IMG/VR virus record: IMGVR_UViG_3300033553_000165
Span: 32,897-96,896 of that record
DNA: 64,000 bases
Source: a virus
Direction: 5' to 3' (one strand)
The translations under genes were made by a program, and so were the position numbers. Below, piece by piece: positions 47,055 through 55,586 of this stretch. Numbering within the stretch: the first letter of the stretch is position 1; the number at the start of each line of letters is the position of its first letter. The notes under the pieces are model-generated. The model was not told the origin of the DNA. It did no database searches and worked only from the letters and a program-made list of their open reading frames with translations.

Positions 47055-47844
47055 AACCTAAATTTGCTAATGTTTCATCAATCGTATTATCTACTATCAT
47101 TTCAACGTCCGTTTCTGCCCTTGCCGCATCTAATAATTTGAAAGCTTTTATTCCTTTGTGTATCCAAGAATCTTCATCTGAGTTAGAACTAACTCTCCGA
47201 AAAGAAACGTAAGTATTTTGAGCAGCTTTATTATATGCTCCCGTGGTTTTTATCATACCCTCATAAATACTACTTTTATGTTTGTATTCTGGGATATCAA
47301 CGTTCTGGCTTGGAATAGTAATTTGCGCCCTACTTTGAGGAATATCGTATGGAGAAGGGATTCCGGCTTTACTTAACCCCTTATTAGCAGGTTGCGCCTT
47401 CATTACATTATAAACCGACTTAGGCATAATTCCACTGAAAGCAGCATTATCTCCTATGGTAGTAGGAACTCCGTGTCTGAATGGAATCGTTAAATACCAA
47501 TGTAAAGTTACGACCCCGTTAGCATCTGTTCTTGGTGCCCACTTAACTTTTGCGCTCTTACTATACCCTTCCTTCATATCGAAAGCATCGGCTCCCGTTT
47601 CTACCATATTATTTAAAACCCCGTTCAACTTAATAGTTTTTGAGAATTGGGAATTATCTATAATTTGGAGTCCGTTGATGTAATCGTTTCGGGTTGATCT
47701 TAGTTGATTTGAGGCTTCTAATTTCCAGTTCCTATATAGTTCGTCAGTAACCGCATTAACACTATTAGCAACGATAAGGTCGGCTGCGTTTTGAGGTAAA
47801 CTCAGCTCGGCTATTATATCGTCTATGTCAATCTCTACTCTCAA
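47041..47844 (-). CDS. Neck/tail completion protein
   Basis: FDMK...WYLTIPFR...YVSFRRVS.NS...SWIH motif of SPO1/Twort-like neck proteins. Confidence 0.65.
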   Translation of the reverse strand: MRVEIDIDDIIAELSLPQNAADLIVANSVNAVTDELYRNWKLEASNQLRSTRNDYINGLQIIDNSQFSKTIKLNGVLNNMVETGADAFDMKEGYSKSAKVKWAPRTDANGVVTLHWYLTIPFRHGVPTTIGDNAAFSGIMPKSVYNVMKAQPANKGLSKAGIPSPYDIPQSRAQITIPSQNVDIPEYKHKSSIYEGMIKTTGAYNKAAQNTYVSFRRVSSNSDEDSWIHKGIKAFKLLDAARAETDVEMIVDNTIDETLANLGYGGI

Positions 47845-48626
47845 GTTCTATCGTTCTCAATTAATTCAACTGCTTCTTTGTATTTTAAATTATCAAAAAG
47901 GTAATGAGCTTTCCTTGCTATCCCCGCAATAGGCATCTCTCTAAGTTGCTCTTCCGGTTTTTCGCAGTTCTTTTCTCTTACCTTAACGATATCCCTATTC
48001 ATATCTAAAATATGGTAGGTTTGCAGATGTCGGTATCTCACCGTCGCTACAATTTCATCTGTAGCTAATTGGAAGGCTGAACCAAGTATAATTTTTGTAG
48101 ATACGTTTGGATCTATGGAATAATCCGTTCCTTCAGCTAAATATCTCAAAGGTGTATTACTACCCTCAAAAATCATTATATCTTCTATTTGTAGAATATC
48201 GTAATTTGTAAAGAAGCAAACCACTCCACCTATTTTCTTACTTCTAAGAATTTCATTATAATAACCTTCTACATCTTGTAAAATTATCCTATCCATAAAC
48301 GCCAACTTGTCGACTGCTCTAGCTGTTACTCTAGCAGTTCCGGCTGTAGTTCTTGTCCAGTTTTCATATTTAACATCCGCTTGAATACTCTGAATAGCAA
48401 TTCTTGTTTCTGTCCTGTTAGCAAATAACCAACCTATTCCTAAACAATTATCGCAATCTGGAAGCGCTTGTCCTGCTCCTTTTACGGCGCAAGGACATTT
48501 GTAGGCTTTATCAATGAAGACGTCGTAACCTTTATCAAAAATAAGGGAGTCGAACCTTTTCGGTTCAAATCTTACCTGATGTTCTACTGATTCAGGTGCA
48601 GTTGTTTGTATTACCGCTTTTTTCAT
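47841..48626 (-). CDS. Head closure/neck protein
   Basis: CPC...PDCDNCLGIG motif; position. Confidence 0.65.
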   Translation of the reverse strand: MKKAVIQTTAPESVEHQVRFEPKRFDSLIFDKGYDVFIDKAYKCPCAVKGAGQALPDCDNCLGIGWLFANRTETRIAIQSIQADVKYENWTRTTAGTARVTARAVDKLAFMDRIILQDVEGYYNEILRSKKIGGVVCFFTNYDILQIEDIMIFEGSNTPLRYLAEGTDYSIDPNVSTKIILGSAFQLATDEIVATVRYRHLQTYHILDMNRDIVKVREKNCEKPEEQLREMPIAGIARKAHYLFDNLKYKEAVELIENDRT

Positions 48627-49423
48627 TATAGCGTCTTAAACATCAATCCGAGATACTCTCCTCTCAATAATTTTAATCTATTTGCCAATTCCTCAGCGTA
48701 TTGTGCAGTTCTTCCTGAGAAGGCTCCTTTTCCTCCGCCTTTGGTAGTGCTATAAGTCTGAGAAATTCCATCTAAAGAAATAGATTGATTCCCGATTCCC
48801 GCACCATAAATAAGGTCTCCAATAATTGCTAACATTTGTATAGCAGCATATTTAGCAACCGTATCAATTAAATCGTGGGGCATCTCATCCGCATCCCATC
48901 CGGAAATATATTCCACTCTCCAGTAGTTCGGTATGTAATTAGTGCCGAAGAATCCCATATGGGGAGTAATTCCGGAAAATACAAAAGCGTGTTGAGTTTG
49001 AGCTGCTCCCCCTTCTGTATTAGGTATTAAGAATAAATTCCGAAATTTAGTTTTATCATTAGACCTTTTAATACTTAGCCATTCAGGTGGATAATTTACC
49101 TGTTGGATATTGTTAATCATTCCATTTAATTTCAAAGGTTCAAATATAGGGAATACCGTTTTAATGAAACCCCATTGTTTGAATTCTTCTCTGATGAAAT
49201 CTTGACTTTCTTCTATTACCTGCTTAACTAATTTTATCGAAAGATAATCTTCCAATTCCTGTTGAGCAGCCAATATCTTTTGCTTAATTGTTTCTTCCGA
49301 GATACTTCCTCCATTAGGATAACAAAGTGGGATTCCCGTCAAATACAGATTGACCAAATCTGAGGGACTTATTACCAGCCCCTCATTTTTGTTATAAGTT
49401 ATCTTCAGATTAACAGTTGGCAT
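48626..49423 (-). CDS. Head-tail adaptor
   Basis: VEYISG...P.DL...GIGNQSISLDGISQTYSTT. Confidence 0.7.
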   Translation of the reverse strand: MPTVNLKITYNKNEGLVISPSDLVNLYLTGIPLCYPNGGSISEETIKQKILAAQQELEDYLSIKLVKQVIEESQDFIREEFKQWGFIKTVFPIFEPLKLNGMINNIQQVNYPPEWLSIKRSNDKTKFRNLFLIPNTEGGAAQTQHAFVFSGITPHMGFFGTNYIPNYWRVEYISGWDADEMPHDLIDTVAKYAAIQMLAIIGDLIYGAGIGNQSISLDGISQTYSTTKGGGKGAFSGRTAQYAEELANRLKLLRGEYLGLMFKTL

Positions 49424-49424
49424 A

Positions 49425-49865
49425 TTATGCGTTGTTTCTTAGGAATTTAATCATCAATTTTTCAGACTTTTTAAATTTCCGGTAAGATGGCTCTTTAAAT
49501 CCAGCGTCTTTTGCTAAATCAATAAGTTCCTCAAGTTTTAAACCCTCAAGACCGTCTTCTTCTTCCTCTGTTTCTTCCTTTTCCCCTTTTTCTTCGGTAG
49601 TTTCTTCCTTTTTAGGTTCAGGCTTCTTAGGAGTCTCCTTTTCGGTTTCTACTTCATCCTCTTCTTCATCTTCTTCAACCTCAATTTCTTTTACTTCTAC
49701 GGCACTAACGAAAGTTCCGTCGTGACGATTTAACAAAAGGTCAGCTACATTAGCCTCAACCTCAATGTAACCATCTTCACTAATACTAACTTCGCCCGCA
49801 ATAGGCAAGTTAAGTTTCTTTCCAAATAATCCAGCATTATTTGTTTTAATTTTTTGTTTGGACAT
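49425..49865 (-). CDS. Hypothetical acidic protein with Rho-N-like C-terminal motif
   Basis: LEGLKLEELIDLAKDAG; follows the major capsid gene. Confidence 0.6.
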   Translation of the reverse strand: MSKQKIKTNNAGLFGKKLNLPIAGEVSISEDGYIEVEANVADLLLNRHDGTFVSAVEVKEIEVEEDEEEDEVETEKETPKKPEPKKEETTEEKGEKEETEEEEDGLEGLKLEELIDLAKDAGFKEPSYRKFKKSEKLMIKFLRNNA

Positions 49866-49891
49866 AATTAAATTATTTAAAATTATACAAT

Positions 49892-49921
49892 AAAAAAGGT
49901 GAGATTTTTGGTCTCACCTTT
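49892..49921 (-). terminator. Rho-independent terminator after the major capsid gene
   Basis: Minus strand AAGGTGAGA-CCAAAAA-TCTCACCTT followed by TTTT. Confidence 0.8.
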
Positions 49922-49949
49922 ATAATAGTTGTTATGATTCTTTTTTTAC

Positions 49950-51455
49950 TTATACTGGACTAACATTTCCAATATTCACGATACGCACCATTTTCTTTGG
50001 AGCATAAAGGAAAGGAGTACCGTAGAGTAAGATCATAAACCTATATGCTGGGCTTAAAAGCGCCAAGTCCATTTTCATAAGCGGAGCAAGTTGAGCGAAC
50101 TCAATTACTTCGTTATCCATTTGGAACAAGATAGCTTGGTCAGTATCCGGCATAAATCTGTTTCTGTCTCTTACCGCTCCAGCAGTAGCTCCGTCGTATC
50201 CAGCTGTCTTTTCAGCAGCAGAGATAGTGAAGACTGGGTAGAAAGTCGCTTCAGCAGCTGTAGCGGCACCCTTGTTAGAGCGATATACAGTGTAAGAAGT
50301 AGCTCCATTAGCACCTCCACCGTCAGTGAAAGCTAAGTCGGCAGACCCTCCTGCAACAATAGCAGTAGCTGTAGTGGCAGAACCAATAACAGCAAGAGTC
50401 GATTCACCATAACGGTTTGTAGCCGATACAGCGAAGAAATAGTTTCCAGCGTCAGTAGCTTCCCAAGCCGAACTTCCATCTGTTCCAACCGCAGTAAGAG
50501 ATACTGAAGCTACAGGGTTTGGAGCACTTGGGGAAGTGGCACCGTTAGTAAGTCTTTTTGTTGCTCTTTTGTTGAAGAAAATATCCCAGTTAAGTCCGAT
50601 ATTCCCAAATTGAGATTCGAAAGACTTAACCCTTTGACCCATCACACCCTCAGAAAGAGCATTCGTGTTAGGCTGGATAAATTTATTCCCGTAGAAATTC
50701 TTCACAAAGTTGGAAAGAACTTTTGGCGGAGCGAATAACTGGTTTCCTAAACCGAAGTTCTGGATGATACCGTTCGCTGAATCCTCAATAACTTCTTCGC
50801 TCAACATTTTACCTTTAGCGTTGATAACTACTTCAGAACCGAAGTAAGCATCTAAATCCGCATATCCGGAATTTCTTTGGTGTTGTGCAAGGAAACCGTT
50901 AAATTCCTGAGGAACTAAGGTTTCGTCACCGAAGTAAAGAGACTTGTTCAATTGGCGCAATATCCACATTGTACCATTTTTGATTTCTCTCTCTACTACG
51001 TTTCCAACGTGAGTGTTAACTAAGGTCATAGGGTGAGTCACTGACTTCACAACTCCCATAAACTTCACTAACTGTGCACGTCTAACGTAAGTAGAGTCTT
51101 CCTCATTCGGAAGTTCTCCTTCGTTGTAAAATCCTCCTCTTTCCTGACCGTAAGATACAAGCTGGTTGTATTCTTCTACAGTGTTGTAGGCAGATTTCTT
51201 AGGGACCATTTTCCAGAAAACGATGTCGCTTTCCTTAAATGTTAAGTGCTTTAGAGTCTTGTCTAGACTTTCAACTTTCAAAGGAGCACCAGACGCTGTT
51301 GACGAATCTGCGGTATCTCTACCTGTAATCGACCCAGCCTCAAGTGCTTTTTGTAGTTGGTTTAATTCCTCCATAGAAGAACCGCCTGCGATTGAGCCCT
51401 GTCCATTACTTGCAGCAGCTTTAGCATAATCGGCTAAATTTAATCCTGGTGTCAT
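49950..51455 (-). CDS. Major capsid protein (SPO1/Twort-like)
   Basis: LQKALEAG, GAPLKVESLD, TVEEY, FYNEG, LYFGD...EFNG, QLAPLMKMDLA, LYGTPFLYAPKK. Confidence 0.92.
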   Translation of the reverse strand: MTPGLNLADYAKAAASNGQGSIAGGSSMEELNQLQKALEAGSITGRDTADSSTASGAPLKVESLDKTLKHLTFKESDIVFWKMVPKKSAYNTVEEYNQLVSYGQERGGFYNEGELPNEEDSTYVRRAQLVKFMGVVKSVTHPMTLVNTHVGNVVEREIKNGTMWILRQLNKSLYFGDETLVPQEFNGFLAQHQRNSGYADLDAYFGSEVVINAKGKMLSEEVIEDSANGIIQNFGLGNQLFAPPKVLSNFVKNFYGNKFIQPNTNALSEGVMGQRVKSFESQFGNIGLNWDIFFNKRATKRLTNGATSPSAPNPVASVSLTAVGTDGSSAWEATDAGNYFFAVSATNRYGESTLAVIGSATTATAIVAGGSADLAFTDGGGANGATSYTVYRSNKGAATAAEATFYPVFTISAAEKTAGYDGATAGAVRDRNRFMPDTDQAILFQMDNEVIEFAQLAPLMKMDLALLSPAYRFMILLYGTPFLYAPKKMVRIVNIGNVSPV

Positions 51456-51508
51456 ACTCCTCTTAATTTAGATTGATAATTAATATTCATTGTTAATTTT
51501 AATACCTG

Positions 51509-53041
51509 TTATTCTACAATATTTATTCCGTGTTCAGTTTTTAATCGCTGAATAGTATTCACAGGTAGCATTTTTGAAGCTTCTAAAGAAGTCGTTGCCT
51601 TAGCAAATTCTTCGTCATATCCTCCTTTAGCAAACGATAAACCGTCAACCAAGTTCAATACTTCCTTATAGTTTCTGGTAAGACTTAAAACCTTCCCTTG
51701 TTCTACATTTCCTTTTTGAAAACTTTCTTTTTCACGAACCTGAGTAGCTTTTGTAAGAGAACGTCTCTGACCGCCCATAGGGTTTTTAATCATTTTTTCA
51801 ATTTGTTGGTTAGCTTTCTCAAGCCTTCCTTCTAAATTCCGGTTGGCTTTTTTCAAGCTTCCCAATTCCCCTACAATAAGTTCGTTCTGGTCAAGAACAC
51901 CTTTTAGTAGTTGACCTACAGCTTTGGAATGTAGGATTGAATTTGATTCAGACTTTTCAATGGCCTTTTTCAAAATCATAACGGCACCTTTATTAAGGTC
52001 ACTCCCTGCGATTTGATCTTCTTTCGCTTCGCCGGAACCTTCTGCCTTTTTTACTTCAGTTTCTTTTTTCACGTTTTCAGTTTCTTTAGCTTTTTTAACT
52101 TCTTCCACTTCTGCTTCGTCTTCCTTAAATAATTTCTTAGAAGCAGCTTCTGCTACTTCATCGTCAGACAAATTATCTTTTTCAGCTTTCTCCAGGAAGG
52201 GACTTTTTTCAATTGAACCTAATCCAAGGATATCCATAGCCTTTTTTAGATTTTCGTTGTTGATTTCACCTTTAGCCATTTTATCTTGTATTTTGTTAAA
52301 CAAATTATAAACCTTTTCAGCTTTCTCTATTGTAATATTTGGAAAGGTATCAAAAATTAAATCATACATACCTTCCTCGGACAAATCTACTACCTTATAC
52401 GTCTCCCCTTTCTTCAAATCTTTCTTTTGAGAACCGTCTACCGATTCCTTTACCAACGCTGCTCCGGACTCTGTAGATAAGGATTTCTCCTCCTTTTCCA
52501 GTTCGTCATCTTCTTCCTCAAATTCGTTAGTAGTATGTCCCTTAATTATTTGAGCAAAAGTTTTAGGATTTTTCGGCATATGTGTAATGGCTAAACCTGT
52601 TATTTTTGCTTTCTTAACTTTTTTGTAGTCTGGGTGAGATTGATCATCGCTTCCTCTCTCAATTACAGAACCCTCTATGGAATAACCTAATTTTCGTGTT
52701 TTGCTATCACGTTCCATAACTTCCGCTAATTCATAAACTTCTCTAGCTAATGGTGAAGATGGATATAAATTGGAAGCAACGTAAAAACCATCTTTTCGTA
52801 TTTCTACCAAATATGGTTCTCCTATAATTGTAGCAGGACTCTTTGTGGATTGGTGGTGCCAGTTAACAACACCTAATTTTTGGAAGTCTTCTATTTCAAA
52901 TCCGGATGGGTCAAGAAATTCGCCGTCAGAATCTTCGTCCATTGTAGAAGCGATACCTCCAAGGCGCATAACTTCAACGCCATTTTCGTCTTTCGCCTTT
53001 GAGATTTCTACAGGACAGTAGAATGTAAAATTTTTCGACAT
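51509..53041 (-). CDS. Prohead protease fused to a scaffold-like coiled-coil domain
   Basis: GIAST.DEDSDGE, NWHH, LGYSIEG, ITGLAITHMPKN; long charged helical C-terminal half. Confidence 0.88.
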   Translation of the reverse strand: MSKNFTFYCPVEISKAKDENGVEVMRLGGIASTMDEDSDGEFLDPSGFEIEDFQKLGVVNWHHQSTKSPATIIGEPYLVEIRKDGFYVASNLYPSSPLAREVYELAEVMERDSKTRKLGYSIEGSVIERGSDDQSHPDYKKVKKAKITGLAITHMPKNPKTFAQIIKGHTTNEFEEEDDELEKEEKSLSTESGAALVKESVDGSQKKDLKKGETYKVVDLSEEGMYDLIFDTFPNITIEKAEKVYNLFNKIQDKMAKGEINNENLKKAMDILGLGSIEKSPFLEKAEKDNLSDDEVAEAASKKLFKEDEAEVEEVKKAKETENVKKETEVKKAEGSGEAKEDQIAGSDLNKGAVMILKKAIEKSESNSILHSKAVGQLLKGVLDQNELIVGELGSLKKANRNLEGRLEKANQQIEKMIKNPMGGQRRSLTKATQVREKESFQKGNVEQGKVLSLTRNYKEVLNLVDGLSFAKGGYDEEFAKATTSLEASKMLPVNTIQRLKTEHGINIVE

Positions 53042-53058
53042 TGTATCTTTTACGATAC

Positions 53059-53067
53059 TAATAGTTG
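53059..53067 (-). promoter_or_regulatory. Putative late promoter motif CAACTATTA (one of about 8 copies)
   Basis: Same or near-identical motif 17-57 nt upstream of starts at 8396, 31572, 36793, 49923, 57091, 63254 and 63701. Confidence 0.6.
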
Positions 53068-53071
53068 TCCA

Positions 53072-53482
53072 CTATATATTTAGTATATCAATGTCCATTT
53101 TATTTAGGAACAACCAATCGTAAAAAATATCTTCTTTAGTTTTGGGGTTTTTGCTTTTGTATTCTTTAGGGGAGATATCACGGTCAGCTAAATACTTCCG
53201 GAACATAATATCAAAGTGTTTCATCTTTTCGGCTTGTCGCACCGTGGTTTGAATATGTCTCGGTATGTTTTTAAATAGGTGGTCTTTTTGGGCTTGCTTT
53301 TCAAAACTCGAATAATCTAGAAAAGAAACCAAAGGTGTTTTTATTTTGAAAGGAATTAATGCGGGATTTTTATACGCCATATAATCTAGAACCTTAGCGA
53401 TTCTAATATCCGCAATCTCATTTCTGACCTCCTGATCTGATTGAGACAACCCTTCCTCTGGTATGAAATATTCTCTTATCAT
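53072..53482 (-). CDS. Hypothetical protein
   Basis: ORF track; starts 1 nt after the kinase/ART gene. Confidence 0.7.
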   Translation of the reverse strand: MIREYFIPEEGLSQSDQEVRNEIADIRIAKVLDYMAYKNPALIPFKIKTPLVSFLDYSSFEKQAQKDHLFKNIPRHIQTTVRQAEKMKHFDIMFRKYLADRDISPKEYKSKNPKTKEDIFYDWLFLNKMDIDILNI

Positions 53483-53483
53483 T

Positions 53484-55586
53484 TTACTTGAATTCTTTTA
53501 CTATCATTTTACTCCTATTCAAAATAATAGCGAAGTCGGTATTTGACCCCCAACCTCTTTTACTTACAATAGCGTCGTAACCTTTAATGGCCGCATAGAA
53601 CCCTCGATATGTACCTCCAGGATTTTGTATTATCTGAGCAATCACCGCATTTGTTGTATTGCTTCCATTAACCCGTAATTTTTGAATATCGTCAGATAAG
53701 GTCTTTATGGTTTGTTCTGCAACTTTAATGCTATCATTGATATCAACCATTTTCGGATTCTCTATTTTCTCTTCCGCTATCTTAAGAGCGACCGCTGCTC
53801 GGATAGTCTGAAAGTGGTTCTTCATAACGTATTGCTTCAACCTTGTATAATGCCAGTTGTAAGGAGTCGTGTGGTCAAATTTTTGTTTAATACTTACATC
53901 TGCAATATCCTTGTTTAATAGGAAGGTTTCACTAGAATTTGGTAAACTTACTTTCCAAGTTTTTTCGTCAACCTCTTCTAATTTTCCATTAACGCTTTTC
54001 AGGATAGCTTCATAATAGGTAACAACTTTTTGTATATCAAATTTTTCTGTATCGGCATAAACTTCTTCCGGCTTGCTAAATAAAAGTATATTGTAGGCTT
54101 TCTCGTTCCAGCCCATTTTTTCTTTTACGTTGAAATCAATTTCATCTTCAATTCTTTCTCTTTCATTAAGTAGTTCGTTGAAGTCGTCTTTCGCTGTATC
54201 GTATTCTTTTTTCTTTTCCTTAAACTCATCACCAAAGAACTCGTCATTCATCATTTGATCAAGTTCCTCTCCGTCTATAACCTTAGCGTCGGAAGGTATA
54301 ATTACATCAAGTACGTGATCTGGGTCTCCTCCGGCATATCCTAATGCTACATTGTAATCTTCGTTATAAGGTGGAGGATTTACCCTCTTAGCGTTAACAG
54401 CCGCATAAATTCCGGCTCCGTACATAGCTTGAGTTCCGTAGAAACATTCTTCTCCCTCAGCAAAATCCCTCATAAACTTCTTAGCAGGATTTCCATAAGA
54501 ACCCGTTAATCCACGGTTCAGCATAAGGTTTTTGGGGTCGTCTTTGAGTAGCTTCGCAAATTCCTTTTCAGTGACTACTGTAGGAGGTTTATCGAACCCT
54601 CTCAGCTTACAAATATTTGAAAGGAAAGACCAGCCATTACTGTCAGTAGCAGTAATATTTCCAGCTTTCCTCATAGCTCTACTGATTTCCCTTTCTCTTA
54701 GTTCTCTATGTGGATCTTTTTCTTCGTCAGATACATAATCCTTCAAGTCTAATAACCTATTGGTCATCGTTTCCTTAAGATCAGCGTCCTCTATTAATGA
54801 AAGAATATTATCTCCCTTAACAAGAATTTGCTTTATTTGCTTTTTTATTTGAGCGTCGGTTAAACCCGAAGCCATATATGGGTTATGTTGAGCCATAGAA
54901 TCAAGCTCATCGACATCATCGGTGAAATGGTCTCCCTTGGGACGTCCTTGAGCTGAGAATCTTAGCGCTCCTCCGTTATCAACCCTAACAAAACTTCCGT
55001 CGTCATTATTATTAAGAATATTATCGTTCTTATAGATATCCCAGTTAGCCAATAAACAATCAAGTACAAAGTGGTTAGCTATATCATCACGAAGCTGATC
55101 ATCCATAATATCGTTAGCGGCAACCGTATTAGGCATAAAATCCGAAAGTAAGGTAGAACTGTCCTTCCCCTTATACAGTTTCATATTAGGCACGCTCACG
55201 TCAAATAGCTTATAAATACAGTTGGCGAGATATTCCTCCTCAACGTGCGCTTTGCTATTCCCGTTCTTCATAACGTATTGATTCCCGTCCTTATCTTCTA
55301 CAAGTTTAGCGCCTGTAGAACCACCTAAACCCTTTACCAACTTTACGTCAGTAATTTCAGGAAAATGGTCGGTTTCGAAAAGTTCGTCGGCTGACTTAGC
55401 CTTCGCCTTCTTAGTTAATTTACGCCAATCAAGTTTTCCGGATGGCGTCATCTTTACGATAAAAGTCTCTCCGTTCACTACTTTAATATCCCCAAGTTTT
55501 AAAGCCTTCATCAATATTTGAGAAGGCTCTAATCCATTAAGGTGATCTCGTAAAGTTCTTGACTTTATGAATTCAATCTTATTCAT
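53484..55586 (-). CDS. Multidomain protein: PI3/4-kinase/HipA-like kinase plus ADP-ribosyltransferase-like domain
   Basis: LGGSTGA..YVMK, EEYLAN, DCLLANWD..NDNI, VDNGGAL (kinase); NRG...YGAGIY...A..Y...DAKVI...AAIKGYDAI...IILNR (ART-like). Confidence 0.72.
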   Translation of the reverse strand: MNKIEFIKSRTLRDHLNGLEPSQILMKALKLGDIKVVNGETFIVKMTPSGKLDWRKLTKKAKAKSADELFETDHFPEITDVKLVKGLGGSTGAKLVEDKDGNQYVMKNGNSKAHVEEEYLANCIYKLFDVSVPNMKLYKGKDSSTLLSDFMPNTVAANDIMDDQLRDDIANHFVLDCLLANWDIYKNDNILNNNDDGSFVRVDNGGALRFSAQGRPKGDHFTDDVDELDSMAQHNPYMASGLTDAQIKKQIKQILVKGDNILSLIEDADLKETMTNRLLDLKDYVSDEEKDPHRELREREISRAMRKAGNITATDSNGWSFLSNICKLRGFDKPPTVVTEKEFAKLLKDDPKNLMLNRGLTGSYGNPAKKFMRDFAEGEECFYGTQAMYGAGIYAAVNAKRVNPPPYNEDYNVALGYAGGDPDHVLDVIIPSDAKVIDGEELDQMMNDEFFGDEFKEKKKEYDTAKDDFNELLNERERIEDEIDFNVKEKMGWNEKAYNILLFSKPEEVYADTEKFDIQKVVTYYEAILKSVNGKLEEVDEKTWKVSLPNSSETFLLNKDIADVSIKQKFDHTTPYNWHYTRLKQYVMKNHFQTIRAAVALKIAEEKIENPKMVDINDSIKVAEQTIKTLSDDIQKLRVNGSNTTNAVIAQIIQNPGGTYRGFYAAIKGYDAIVSKRGWGSNTDFAIILNRSKMIVKEFK

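Noticed and set aside
51456-51464. Shine-Dalgarno GAGGAG before the major capsid gene
   Set aside because: It is only 1 nt from the ATG, too close to function, so it does not contradict the SD-less pattern.
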